From: an uncultured Chloroflexia bacterium | GTDB lineage: Bacteria > Chloroflexota > Anaerolineae > CG2-30-64-16 | Assembly: GCA_963810095.1 (NCBI GenBank) | Contig: CAWEMM010000006.1 | Span: 640,001-704,000, forward strand | Direction: 5' to 3' | Length of the DNA: 64,000 nt | Shown: positions 45,029 through 56,430 of the stretch, one piece after another | Position numbering within the stretch: the first letter of the stretch is position 1 | Layout of the letters: every line of letters starts with the position of its first letter | Position numbers and translations under genes: made by a program | The notes under the pieces: model-generated | What the model was told of the DNA's origin: nothing | The model's database searches: none | The model's input: only the letters and a program-made list of their open reading frames with translations

Positions 45029-46876
45029 CTACGCCAGGATGTCGACGAGCGCCCGGGGCACAAACACCTGCAGTTCCCGGGCGGTAACCCCGGCCGCGCC
45101 CTCGGCAAGGCCGGCCATCACGCCCGCCAGCCCGTGAACAAAAGCACCGGCGATAGCCGCATCAAACGGCCCGAGGCCCTGGGCGAGCATGGACGCGATG
45201 GCGCCGGCCAACACGTCCCCGCTCCCGGCCTTCGCCAGCGCGGGATCGGCGAAAGGCAGCACGGACGCCCGGCCGCCGGGGTGGGCGACCACCGTGTGCG
45301 CGCCTTTTAGCAAGACGACGTGGCCCCACTGCGCGGCGCACGCACGGGCGGTCGCGATGCGATTGGCGTTGATCTCGTCAATGCTCGAGCCCGTCAAGCG
45401 GCTCATCTCGCCGGGATGTGGCGTCAGCACGCTCAGAGCCGGCAGCAGGGCAGGCCACTGCGGCCGCCGTGCCAACAGGTTCAACGCGTCCGCATCGAAC
45501 ACGCACTTCCCCTGCCAGGCGCCCTTGTCCAACCCACCCTCGCCCAGCAGCACGTCCAGGAACTCGGCCGCAGTTTCCTCGGTCGTCAGGCCCGGCCCAA
45601 CCAGGAGCGCATCATATCCCTGCAGCTTCTGGGCGAGCCTCCGGGCGCCTTCGGCGGAATGAACGCCGTCGACGCCCGGCAAAGGCAGCCAGGTAATTTC
45701 GAGGAGCCCGCCCGCCAGGAGGCTATGCACCTCACGCGGCACCGCCAGCGTCACCAACCCCGCGCCCGAGCGGGCGGCCGTGCCGGCGCTAAGCGCGGGC
45801 GCGCCGCTGTAGAGGAGCGAGCCGCCCGCGATCATCACCTTGCCGAACGTGCCCTTGTTGGCATCCCGCGGGCGTGCCGGCAGCAGGCTGCGCACCTGGC
45901 TCCGCTCGACCAACTCGACCGGCAGGTCCGCAGCGACGTCCGGGGGCACGCCAATGTCGACCACGAACAGGACGCCGCACGCGCCCGCACCCGGGTACTG
46001 AAGTTGGCCCCACTTGGGGTAGGCAAAGGTCACCGTAAGCGATGCACCGACGGTCGCGGGATCGAGCGCGCCCGTGTCGCAGTTGAGCCCGGTCGGACAG
46101 TCAACCGCAAGGACAGGCACGAGCGGCCAGGCGCTGACCAGTGCAGCCAGCGCGCGGTCGACGGCCGGCTCTGGCCCATCCAAGAGGTCGTCGTCCGCAA
46201 AGCCGGCAAGATGTGCGAAACCAGAGTCCATCGGATCAGTGCGCCCGCCCCACCCGTGCGGGCCGGCCGGGAATCCGGGGATGAAAGGGGCCAGGTCGAG
46301 GTCCGCTTCGTCGTCTGAGACCGGTTCGGGGGGCACCAACGCCTCGAGGAGCGGCGCCCGAGGTTCGCCATTGGGAAAGGGCTCAAGCGGGGCCGTCCGC
46401 GTGTTGATGGCGTCCAGTTCCTCTCTTAGTACGGCCAGCATCTCGGCCAGTTTGCCGCTCAGCGGCCGGGCAACGCCGGTGCCCAAGAGCGCGTCGATCA
46501 CGAGGCTCGTTCCCCGGACGGCCTGGCGTAGGTTGTCAAAGCCGGGGTCGTTGTCGGCCCACAGGATCGTTACGCCGCGCTTTCGCCGCTTCAGCCGCGA
46601 CAGGTTCCGGTCGCCCTTTGGGTCGCGTTTCCAGATATAGAGCGTGACGTCGCACTCGGCTTCCCGCAGGTAATGCCCCGCAACAAGCCCGTCCCCGCCG
46701 TTGTTGCCCGGACCCACAAGAATCAGCACCTGGTCGGCCACTTCCGGCCAGCGAAATTCCTGCGCGACCCGGGCAACGGACTCGCCCGCCTTCTCCATCA
46801 TGGCCGCGTAGGACTGGCCGCTCTCGTCCGTGCGCTGCTCGATGCGTCGCATCTCCTCGACGCTAACGAGCTTCAT
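45029..46876 (-). CDS. nnr: Bifunctional NAD(P)H-hydrate epimerase/dehydratase
   Basis: GPGNNGGDG, DALLGTG, NKGTFG, TPHPGEM and GSGDVLAG motifs. Confidence 0.93.
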   Translation of the reverse strand: MKLVSVEEMRRIEQRTDESGQSYAAMMEKAGESVARVAQEFRWPEVADQVLILVGPGNNGGDGLVAGHYLREAECDVTLYIWKRDPKGDRNLSRLKRRKRGVTILWADNDPGFDNLRQAVRGTSLVIDALLGTGVARPLSGKLAEMLAVLREELDAINTRTAPLEPFPNGEPRAPLLEALVPPEPVSDDEADLDLAPFIPGFPAGPHGWGGRTDPMDSGFAHLAGFADDDLLDGPEPAVDRALAALVSAWPLVPVLAVDCPTGLNCDTGALDPATVGASLTVTFAYPKWGQLQYPGAGACGVLFVVDIGVPPDVAADLPVELVERSQVRSLLPARPRDANKGTFGKVMIAGGSLLYSGAPALSAGTAARSGAGLVTLAVPREVHSLLAGGLLEITWLPLPGVDGVHSAEGARRLAQKLQGYDALLVGPGLTTEETAAEFLDVLLGEGGLDKGAWQGKCVFDADALNLLARRPQWPALLPALSVLTPHPGEMSRLTGSSIDEINANRIATARACAAQWGHVVLLKGAHTVVAHPGGRASVLPFADPALAKAGSGDVLAGAIASMLAQGLGPFDAAIAGAFVHGLAGVMAGLAEGAAGVTARELQVFVPRALVDILA

Positions 46877-47510
46877 GCACGTACTCCTTTGAAGTTGCTC
46901 CTGCGGCGGCCCCATGCCCAGCAAACCACCACGCCACCAACGCCATCGAGCCCACGATGGGGACGAGCAAGGCGAGGTAGACGAGCTGCAGCGTCATGGA
47001 GGGCGACGACCCGATGGGATCGAGAGGATGGCGAATGACGCCGGTCGCAAAGGCCAGCCAGCCGACGGCCAGGGCCAGCAAGGCGGCCGCGGCCGCAGTG
47101 AAACGGTCATCCTTCACCAGCCAACTGATCAACAGGACGACCAGGCCGGCCAGGATGAGCTGGAGCGTCATGGTCACCCGTGGCTCGCCCCAGGCAATCC
47201 ACGGCCCCCAAGTGAGTCGGGTAGCGGGCATGCTCACGACGAAGTGCGCGACCCAGAAGAGCCAGCCGCTCAACAACAGGCCGCGCGTCCAGGCGGCCAA
47301 CGCGGGGCGCCGGGTCACCAGGAAGACGATGCCGGTCACTCCGGCGGCAAGCAGGCCGATCATGCCGGCCCGGCTGAGCGCCCCGTGCAGATAGACGATC
47401 TTGATGACCTGGCCCAGGGTCTTCTCGAGTGGCATCAGGAACAAGATGAGAGCGGTCAGCGCCAGGCACACCAGGCCCAGTGCCGCGAACCGCTTACCGG
47501 TGAGCGTCAT
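46863..47510 (-). CDS. CcmC/CcsA-like heme-handling membrane protein
   Basis: KIVYLHG, WGPWIAWGEPR (WWD-like) and IRHP. Confidence 0.7.
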   Translation of the reverse strand: MTLTGKRFAALGLVCLALTALILFLMPLEKTLGQVIKIVYLHGALSRAGMIGLLAAGVTGIVFLVTRRPALAAWTRGLLLSGWLFWVAHFVVSMPATRLTWGPWIAWGEPRVTMTLQLILAGLVVLLISWLVKDDRFTAAAAALLALAVGWLAFATGVIRHPLDPIGSSPSMTLQLVYLALLVPIVGSMALVAWWFAGHGAAAGATSKEYVHEAR

Positions 47511-47666
47511 GCAGCAGTCTCCGCTTGTAGAATGGCGGCATGATACCCGAATCGGACGCCGGGATCAAGCCGGGCGCGCGCTGCTGACGTTTCGCACCCC
47601 TTCGCCGGCTGTGTTATCATCCCCCCAGCGCTGGCGGGTGTCACATGAGGCGATAGCGGAGGGCTT

Positions 47667-48449
47667 ATGGCGATCGATGCACCGGTTCACAGCAATGAAG
47701 CGAACTTCAGCCGGGTCTTGGGCGCAGGACTTCCTGTCCTGGTCGTCCTATGGCGGCGCAACTGCGCGCCGTGCGACCAGTTGAACCCGGCTCTGGACCG
47801 GCTGGCGAAAGCGTACGCGGGGCGAGCGCTCGTCGTAAAGGTCAATATCGACGAAGAGGCGGGACTGGCGCGCCGGCTTAACGTGCAGCAGCTGCCCGGA
47901 TTGGTCTTTTACAAGGACGGCCAGGAGGCCGGTCGCGGCGTGGGCGCCGCGACCGAGCGCGAGCTGGCAGCCTGGTTGGATTACCTCGTGGCGGGGGGCA
48001 GCCCTCCCTCCGCGCCCACTGGGCCCAGCATTGCGACCGGCGCTGGAGCTGGCGCGGTCCCCAGCGGCGCCGCCTCTGCGCAAGAGCGGGCTACAGGCCC
48101 CAGTCGGACCGCAACGGGCACCAAGAGCGAACCGGTGGTCTTGACCGACGCCAATTTCGACCAGGTCATCCGTCAGAGCACGGGCCCCGTGCTGGTCGAC
48201 TTCTGGGCGGTCTGGTGCGGGCCGTGCAAGATGATCGCGCCCCACGTGGCCGCGCTGGCACAGGAGTTCGCCGGGCGGGCGGTGGTGGGCAAGCTGAACG
48301 TCGACGAGAACCCGCGGGTGGCGGGTCAATTTGGCATCATGAGCATCCCCACGCTGCTGATCTTCAGCGGCGGCAAGGTAGTGGACCAAATCGTGGGCGT
48401 GCAGCCGGCCCAGGTGCTGCGCCAGCGGCTCGCCCGGCACGTGCGCTGA
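47667..48449 (+). CDS. Tandem two-domain thioredoxin
   Basis: CAPC and WCGPC active sites separated by a linker. Confidence 0.9.
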   Translation: MAIDAPVHSNEANFSRVLGAGLPVLVVLWRRNCAPCDQLNPALDRLAKAYAGRALVVKVNIDEEAGLARRLNVQQLPGLVFYKDGQEAGRGVGAATERELAAWLDYLVAGGSPPSAPTGPSIATGAGAGAVPSGAASAQERATGPSRTATGTKSEPVVLTDANFDQVIRQSTGPVLVDFWAVWCGPCKMIAPHVAALAQEFAGRAVVGKLNVDENPRVAGQFGIMSIPTLLIFSGGKVVDQIVGVQPAQVLRQRLARHVR

Positions 48450-48458
48450 GAACCTGAG

Positions 48459-48526
48459 CAACACAAAGGCACAAAGACACAGAGGTTCAGGCTGGGGGAG
48501 CCCGCTGTCCTTGTGCCTTTGTGTTG
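48459..48526. repeat. ACACAAAG-family palindromic element
   Basis: caacacaaaggcacaaagaca ... tgtccttgtgcctttgtgttg. Confidence 0.8.
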
Positions 48527-48535
48527 GGCGGGCGA

Positions 48536-50571
48536 TTAGCGGAGGACGACCGGCAGATAGATCCTGGCCGCGTGCTGAGGGGTCGGGGTGGGCGTAGGCT
48601 CGGCGATGCCGTTCCAGGCGCCGAAATACACCGTGGTCTCGCGCCGCCGGCTCGATCGCCAGCGCGATCTGCTGCGGCGTGGTCAGCAAGTAGCCCTCAG
48701 GCAGCGGGTCGGCGCTTAACACGTACGAGCCGAGTGCGAGTGTGTCAAATCCGTAGTAGCCATCCGGTGCCGCGAGGTGGTGTACGCGATGGGCTGGTCA
48801 TTCTGATAGAGGAACAAGCCGGCATCCGCCACCCCGCGCGTCTCCCACGCCTGCCGGATGCCGTCGCCGTTACTGTCCAGGAACACCCGTCCCCACAAAG
48901 CCGGCCGGATCGAGCTCTTAACCGTCTGCGCGTTATCTGCCGGCGTGAGTTCACGCTGGGCCGCAGCGGCCGACGCGGTCGTCGTCAGTTCGCCATTCCC
49001 GACAACGGTCGGCGTCACCACCACGCCGATGGTGACGCTCTCGCCCGGGTCGAGCCGGCTGACTCCGCAATTCATCTGCCGCCCATTCAGCCGGCAGCTC
49101 TGCGCCGAAAACAAGACGGCATCCATTGCCGGCTCAGCAGGCAGCACGGCACTCAAGGAAACACTCGTCGCGCTCGCGGTCCCGACGTTGGCGATGCTGA
49201 AGGTCGCGGTCAGGGGATTGCCGGCAACGACCGCCTGGGGCACCACGGACGCGCTCAGCCGCAGATCCACAGGCTGCACGGGCGCGCTGACGGCGGCCGC
49301 CGCGTCCAGCCGACCCCAGCCGGTCTCATCGTCCTTGCCGGGCATCCCGACATCCTGGACCGCGCCGAGAAGCTGCGCCTTCACGCCATCCGCCGTGAGC
49401 GCAGGCCAGCGCGACCAGACCAGGGCTGCGGCGCCGGCGACAAAGGGGACCGACTGAGATGTGCCGCCCTCAGACCGGTAGCCATGCTGCCCGAGGCCGC
49501 TGTAGTACCAGGTGCTGTAGATGTCTGTGCCGGGGGCCGCCAGGTCGATGCCGCGCACCGGGATTCGAGAATGCCGCAGGGTGGTCGGAAGGATCTGTGG
49601 CCGCGACGGCCAGCGCGCCGGGGCACATCGCGGGATAATAAACGACCGTGTCATTATTGCCGGCGGCCGCCGCCACCACTTTGCCCTTTGCGACCGCAGT
49701 GCTCACCGCGTCACACAGGGTCGCGGACGGAGACGGGCCTCCCAGGCTCAGGCTGATAATATTCGCCCCATTGCCCGCGGCATAGAGAATGCCGGCCGCC
49801 ACATCGGAGTACAGCGCTGTGCTGCCAGAGACGCCCAGCACCTTAACGGTCATCAGCTGGGGACCCCACGCGGTGCCGGCGACGCCGATGCCGTTGTTCG
49901 TGGCGGCGGCGGCAATGCCTGCAACATGAGTCCCGTGGCCGTTTTCATCCCCCACTCGTCCATCGCCGTACGCACCTTCGGGGGTGCGGAAGCGACAGCC
50001 GTAGATGTCGTCGATGCACCCGTTGAGCTCGTCGTCCCTGCCGTTGTTGGGAATCTCGGCCGTGTTCTGCCACAGCTTGCCGGCCAGGTCCGGGTGCGCC
50101 AGGTCCGTGCCCGAATCGATCACCGCAATCACCACGGCCGGCGCGCCGGTTGTCACATTCCATGCTTGCGGCGCGCCAATCTGCGCCAATCCCCACTGCT
50201 TCCCGGCGATATAACTTGGATCGTTTGGCTCGGCTTGCGCGCTGGCCGCGTAATCCAATTCCGCGTAGGCCACATCGCCCTGGCGGGAGAGCTGCTCTGC
50301 CGCCGAGGCTTCCTGCCCGACCGGAACCGCGACGACCAAGACCCCGAGGCCCTGGATTTCCTGGATCACATCCAGCCCTTGAACGGCCAGCGCGGCCCGG
50401 CCGGCAAGCCCCTTGCCCGGCTTGAACTTCACGAGCACGGTGCCCGGCCGGTAGCCGGCCAGCGACACAGCCGGGGTTGCCTGCAACTGCTGCGCGGGAA
50501 ACGGCGGGCTGCGAAGGCAACAACGCCAAGGCCAACAATGACGTCAAAAACAACAGCATGTATCGTCGCAT
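48536..50571 (-). CDS. Secreted S8 subtilase with DUF11 and SdrD-B-like domains (frameshifts)
   Basis: IDSG, HGTHVAG and GTSQSVP triad; C-terminus ...PTPTPTP...IYLPVVLR. Confidence 0.85.
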
Positions 50572-50682
50572 ACGAAGTCACCTGGAATTTAAAGAACGGA
50601 CCGGGGATGCTCCCCGGTCCGGACATGGTGAAGCACCGTTATGAGTGACGGGAACGTGTGTCCCCGTCACTCACATGCGCGC

Positions 50683-53600
50683 TCAAGGCTTGCGGTACGT
50701 GACCTCAAGCTTCGGCAGGTTGCTGCCCAGCCACGTGTTCTCCGTGCTTGGGAAGCGATAGGTTGTAAAGCTGGTGGCGTCGGCCAGGCGCACGAGAACG
50801 CCGTGGTTCGCTGCACTGCTGGCCACCCACTTCTGGGCCGCAGCCGTCACGTCGATCTTGACCCACTTGCCGACGTCCGCCTTGGTGATGGGCGCCATGC
50901 CCACTGCCATCGGATCGACGTCGCCGCCCGGCTTGGTCCAAGGCGTCTTCCAGGTCACCGTGCTCTGGGCCCAGCCGGTTAGCACCTCGTGAGCTGCCAG
51001 GTTCGCCGCCGACCCACCGCCGCCGAAGCCCTCGACGTACAGCCACAGGGTGGCCTTATCCACCGGGTACGACGCGTCGATCGAGCTCACGTCAAACTGC
51101 ACGAGTGCGCGCAGGACATCGTCGCCGCCCGTGTAGATAAACGGCCAAGTTCCGTAATTGGTGCTGGGCAAACCGCGTGAGATGTAGCTGTCTGCAGTGG
51201 CAGGGAACACGTCCGTGGCAATCTCGCTGGCGGTCTTGATCGTCAGCGCATCGCTATCCAGCGCCCGCACGAAGGTGCTCGTGTCGAAGATCGCCACCGA
51301 ATGGCGGATCTCGCCGCTCTTTGCCGTGACGAGCGTGGAGAAGCCGAAGTTGGCCGTCCCGCCGGTGCCCGGCTTGGCCATGGCGGCCACGCCGATGATC
51401 GCGCCCGCATCCGCGCCCGCGCAGCCCTTCGATGCTGGCGACGCCTGCCTGCTTGGCAAGCTTCGCAGCCTCAGCCGAGGTGATCGGGAACGCGCCGCCG
51501 TAGGTGCTGCCTTCGACGTACTCCTCCTCGGAGTCGAGCGGGGCGATGAACAGGCCGTTGATCGGGCTGCCGATGTTGGTCGCCTTGACGTCGACCTTAA
51601 CCGTGCTGCCCATGACCAGCGGGTCGCTGCTCGGGGTCTGCGTCACCGCGCCCTCGAAGTCCTGCATTGCATTCCAAACCTTGACGGTTGCGACCGAGTC
51701 GGTCTGGTCGACGATCTGCACGTGCCAGCCGTACTGCGCCATCAGGTCGCCCGGATTGCCCGAGCCGCCGGCGTAGCCGGTGCCCGACTGGGTACCAGTA
51801 GCAGGACAGCACGCCTGTCGCGGTGGGGCCAGGCAGCGGTAGCGGAGCGGCCGTGGATCGGAGTGAAGCCCGCCGCGTCGCCTTGACCGTATAGGCCTTC
51901 TTGGCAGGCATGACATACGCTGGCGTCCCACTGCTTCGTCAGCCACACCTTGGCCGCCTGGGCCGGGCTGCCGCGTCGCGAACTCTGCGCCGGGGTAGTA
52001 GCCGTAGGAGTCATGGAAGCTCGAGACGGCCGGCCGGCTGGCGTAGTTAACGGGTCCCTTGCCGGCATAGTCGCTGGTGAAGTACGGTTCGTGTCCTTGA
52101 GCGAGAAGGGCGCATCGCGCATCTGGCCGCGGGTCGACCAGTTCGCCTGCATGTTCGGGTAGCCCGGCAATGACCCAGTTCGTGATCACGCAGCGGGTCC
52201 GGATGCGAGTCGACGACGAGCAGCATGCCCTTCGGGCCGAAGCTCGGGTAGTCGGTCAGGTAGCCTTCGATTTCGTTGTCGCCGTAGAAATCGTTGTTGT
52301 ACCAGACGATCAAGCCGGTGTCCGCCGGACCGTAGCGCCAGCTTGGATTCGCCAAGCGAGCTGTCATAGCCGCCCGTTCGGCTGGTGTTGCGCCATTGCA
52401 GGTAGAACCGCTGGCCGAAGGTCTGCATGCCACTGCTGCGCTGCCACGGCGCTGCATAGACCCACTTTGCATCGCCGTACTCAGCATCGTCCGCGAACAG
52501 CACCGTCTCACCCGCCATCACCTTGACGTTGTCGACAAACGGGCCTTCGTACGTCGTGCCCCAGTCCGTCATGTACCACAGGCGCAGCCAAACGTTCTTG
52601 CCGGCAAACGCGCCGAGGTCGAAGGTCTGGGTGTCGGGCTCGGGGAAGTTAGCGTTGTAGTCGGTCAAGCCGCCGATACCGGCCGCGCACAGATCCTCGG
52701 GGAACCCATACTCGCCGCCGATCCAGCTGCCATCGTGCGTACAGGTCGTGTTAGCGTTGGTCAGGGTCTTCCAGTTAGTGCCGTCTTCCGACGCCTGCAC
52801 CCACATGAAGTCCCATTCCGTCTCGATGCCGTAGGCAGCATCGAACGAGAACGTTGCGCCGCCCGCGGGGATGGCGATCGGCTCCTTGGTGGTCATGCTG
52901 GCATTGGCGACGTCTTCTTTGCCGCCCCACCAGTAATGCTGGCCCTGCCAGACCGGAACGGGCAACGGTGACTTCGCCGTCCGGCAGCTCGATCTTGGCG
53001 CCGCGGTAGACGCCCTCGCCGCCCGGGAAGCTGCTGGCCTGGCCGAGCTTGAAGGTGTATGTCTTGCTGGGGTCAGAGATGGCCTTCGGCTTCAGCCAAC
53101 CCCACCAGTCCAGGTGCATCGCATCGACGGACGGCGGCTCGAAGCCGATCGGGTAGCCGGTCCAGTCGTCGGCCTGTAGGGCCCAGAAGCCGGCGGAGGT
53201 CTCGCCTTCGCCGTAAGCAGTAGACGTCGTCGGCGCCCAGGTTGTGGGCGTACTCATGGGCGAAGACGCCAATGCCGCCGTTCTCGGGCATGACGATGTA
53301 CGGGCCGGCCGCCACATCAGGGGCGACCTTGAACGGCGGCGTCACGGAGCTGGAATGCGACCAGACTGCGGCCTCGCCGTAGTCGGTGCGGTTGGTCAGA
53401 GGCGGTGCGCGTCTTCCTCACCGTATCCGGCATGCACGATCCAGAGCCGGTCGATGATGCCGTCGCCGTTCTGGTCGTAGTTGTGCCAGTCGAAGCCGGG
53501 GATCGTGTTGCTGATCGCGTTAACCGCGTTGAGCGCAGTCCTCGAACCAACTGCCGGGCGTTGCCGGCGCCAGGGATGACGCCACGCGAGGCGCCGCTGG

Positions 53601-54379
53601 AGCCGCTGATTGCCGAGCGGCCGCCGGGGCACTGGTCGGCGTCGTAGTACCAGGTCGAGTGGGGCACCTGCACCCAGCCAATCACGTCGCCGGCGATTTC
53701 ATACGTCGCCGCCCGACATGTCGAGGAAGTAGTCCTTCACCGACTGCCCGGTGAAGTCCTCATTCACGACCGAGCCATCCTGGCGGGTGTACTGGAACTT
53801 CACCCCGTCGCCCCACATGAAGGCCTTGAACCAGTCGGCGCTGAAGTCCTCCGTCCAGATCGTGTCGGCCAGAGCGGTCGGCTTGCGGAAAGGGGCCGCG
53901 GGAATCTGGTTGTGGAGCGGTCCGCTGTAGGTGAAGGTCTTGGTCTGGGTGATGATCTTGGAGCAGTCGCCAAGGACCACGTGCGCCGCTTGCGTCCGTG
54001 ACAGCTTCGTTGGGATCGGCAATGCCGTATGGGTCCCACTTGTCACCCGGGTTCCACGTGAACGTGTCGGTGCCCGCGAACTCGACGAGGATGACGAGCA
54101 CGCGGTCGTCCGCGTTCAGGGACAGGGACTGCGCCTCGAGATATTGGCCGTTGGCCAACAGGCGTTGTCGCTCCTTGTTGCGCTGGTAATCCTTGAGGTT
54201 GGGCTGGTCGATGGTTTTGCCGGGGTTGGTCTTGCCCTGCCGGCGACCCTGTCGACGGACATTTGGCCGGTCGGCGCATCGCCCGGAGCGGGTGGATTGG
54301 CGCCGGCCACGGCGGTAAGGAGAAGACTCGCGATTAACGCGAAAACCGTAACGAGGGACAACATTCGCAGACGTTGCAT
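50683..54379 (-). CDS. Secreted M6 (immune inhibitor A-like) metalloprotease with C-terminal DNRLRE-like domain (many frameshifts)
   Basis: VLVILVEF, IVHAG, GVFAHEYAHNLG, VVDSHP; C-terminal ADSYI...ALVQFD...NHGVLV. Confidence 0.82.
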
Positions 54380-54603
54380 TGTAGGACCTTCCTCCATTGG
54401 CGGTGAAAACTACAGGCGGAAAATGCGAGGAGATCGCTTTGGGTTGGCTGCGATTGGCCTCCTTTCCTGGGAGGGACCGGCCCCGCTGCCGGCGTCTGTC
54501 CATGAAAAGTGAAAAACGAAACTGATTGAGGACCTCTATTGTGAGCAATTCTACTGCTGTGGGCGATCGCTGTCAAACGCAGCAGACGGGAGAAAGCGGA
54601 GGT

Positions 54604-55308
54604 CTATTCACCCCATAACAGCCGTCCGCAGTTGCCGCAGTAGACCAGCTCGTCGCTGAAGCGAGCGGGCTCCAGCTTGCTGGGCGGGGCCTGCACCCGG
54701 CAGGCACTGCACGCGTCGCCGTCCAGCTCGGCGACGGCCCGGCCGCCATGGCGCGGCCGCAGGTGGTCATACGTGCGCAGGTATTGGGCCGGCACGGCCG
54801 CGCGGGCCGCTGCCTGCCGCGCCTGGTCGGATGGCAGGCGCGCCTTCAGCTTCGCTTGCTCGTTGCGCAGCGCCACCTGGCGGCTCTCCCAGTCAGCCAC
54901 CAGCTTAGTGACCTCCGCCTGGGCGCTTTCGCGGGCCGCGGTCGCGGCGTCGAGCGCGACCATGATCTCCAGCAGGCGATCCTCAATCACGGCTTTCTGC
55001 TTGTTGTGTTGGGCCAGATCCTTCTGGCCGGCCTCCAGCTCGCGGGAACTGCCGCCCTTGCCGCTGTAGAGCTTCTGCTCGATGGCCTTGATCTGGGCTT
55101 CGGCGTCCGCCTGCGTCCGCTCGACGCCGGCCTGCTCGCTGCGCAGCCGCGCCACCTCGTTGTCGGCCGCATCCAGCCGGGCCCGGGCGGCCACGAGGGC
55201 GGCCGGCTCGCGCAGGGCCTCGGCGATCTCCGTAAGCCGCGTCCGAGTGCTATCGAGCGCCAGGTCAGCCTCGCCCAGGCGAGCCAGTAGAAGTACGGGA
55301 CGGGTCAT
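54604..55308 (-). CDS. Coiled-coil C4 zinc ribbon protein (DUF164-like)
   Basis: Long coiled coil then CSAC...CGNCGRLL. Confidence 0.85.
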   Translation of the reverse strand: MTRPVLLLARLGEADLALDSTRTRLTEIAEALREPAALVAARARLDAADNEVARLRSEQAGVERTQADAEAQIKAIEQKLYSGKGGSSRELEAGQKDLAQHNKQKAVIEDRLLEIMVALDAATAARESAQAEVTKLVADWESRQVALRNEQAKLKARLPSDQARQAAARAAVPAQYLRTYDHLRPRHGGRAVAELDGDACSACRVQAPPSKLEPARFSDELVYCGNCGRLLWGE

Positions 55309-55460
55309 GGGGCCTCCAACCTCAGGTGGTCAGCGCATTCGCCGCAGCAATTATACTTCATCCGGAGACCTGTGTTACAATCCCCAGGAATCCTGTGGAT
55401 TCCAAACAAATCCGGCGCGACGTCCTCACACCGCGCCTTGTGTGAAGGAAAAGTCCCTTC

Positions 55461-56225
55461 GTGGCGAATTCTTACCAGCCGGTTGCTGCCCTGGTTCTGC
55501 CCACCTACAACGAGCGCGAAAACCTCCCTGCCCTGGTCAAAGCCATTCGCGACCTGCCCGTGGCCATTCACATCGTCATCGTCGACGACGACTCGCCGGA
55601 CGGCACGGGCGCGCTCGCCGATGACCTGGCCCAGCAGTACCCCGCGGTCGAGGTCATTCACCGGGCGGGCAAACAGGGCCTGGGCACAGCGTACGCGGCC
55701 GGATTCGCTCGAGCCCTCGCCACGCCCATCCCGCTCATCTGCACGATGGATGCTGACTTCTCGCACGACCCGCGTTATCTTCCGACCCTGATCGGCGGCG
55801 GAAAACGCTACGACCTGACCATCGGCTCCCGCTACGTCCGGGGGGGTGGGGTGGTCAATTGGGGATTGGGGCGCAAGCTGTTGAGCTCGGGCGCCAACAC
55901 CGTCGCCCATCTCGCGTTGGGGCTGCAGGCGCGCGACTGCACGGCCGGCTTCCGCTGTTACCGCCGCGAGGTGCTCGAGACGATCGACCCTGCCTCGATT
56001 CGGGCGAACGGCTATTCATACTTGATCGAGATGCTTTACAATGTTGAACGGGCTGGCTTCACCGTCGGCGAGACGCCCATCATCTTTGCCGACCGCCGCT
56101 TGGGCCAGTCGAAGATCTCAAGGAACGAGATCTACCGCGCGATGCGGACCGTGGCGCGACTCGGCTTGCGCCGCCTGAAAGGAAAGTTCACACGATGCGA
56201 AACCAGGGATCCAGCGCCAGCCTAA
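55461..56225 (+). CDS. Polyprenol monophosphomannose synthase (GT2)
   Basis: PTYNEREN, DDDSPDGT, MDADFSHDP and GSRY motifs. Confidence 0.92.
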   Translation: MANSYQPVAALVLPTYNERENLPALVKAIRDLPVAIHIVIVDDDSPDGTGALADDLAQQYPAVEVIHRAGKQGLGTAYAAGFARALATPIPLICTMDADFSHDPRYLPTLIGGGKRYDLTIGSRYVRGGGVVNWGLGRKLLSSGANTVAHLALGLQARDCTAGFRCYRREVLETIDPASIRANGYSYLIEMLYNVERAGFTVGETPIIFADRRLGQSKISRNEIYRAMRTVARLGLRRLKGKFTRCETRDPAPA

Positions 56226-56350
56226 TCGAATTGGCGCTTATCATCGTGCTGATCGCCATTGTCATCATGGCGATTCTGCTCATCATGGGTGACGATCTGC
56301 GCTTATGGATCGTCAACACGATTACAGGACTGTTTGCCGGGCGATCCTGA
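56195..56350 (+). CDS. Flp/type IVb pilin-like small protein (51 aa, not in ORF track)
   Basis: MRNQGSSASLIELALIIVLIAIVIMAILLIMGDDL...; Glu followed by a hydrophobic helix as in Flp pilins. Confidence 0.6.
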   Translation: MRNQGSSASLIELALIIVLIAIVIMAILLIMGDDLRLWIVNTITGLFAGRS

Positions 56351-56430
56351 ACGAATGGCCGGATAACCCGGCAGGTCTTCTGCCACGGTTGATTCGAGCC
56401 GCATCTACCGCTTTTGGAGGCGTGCGCCCA

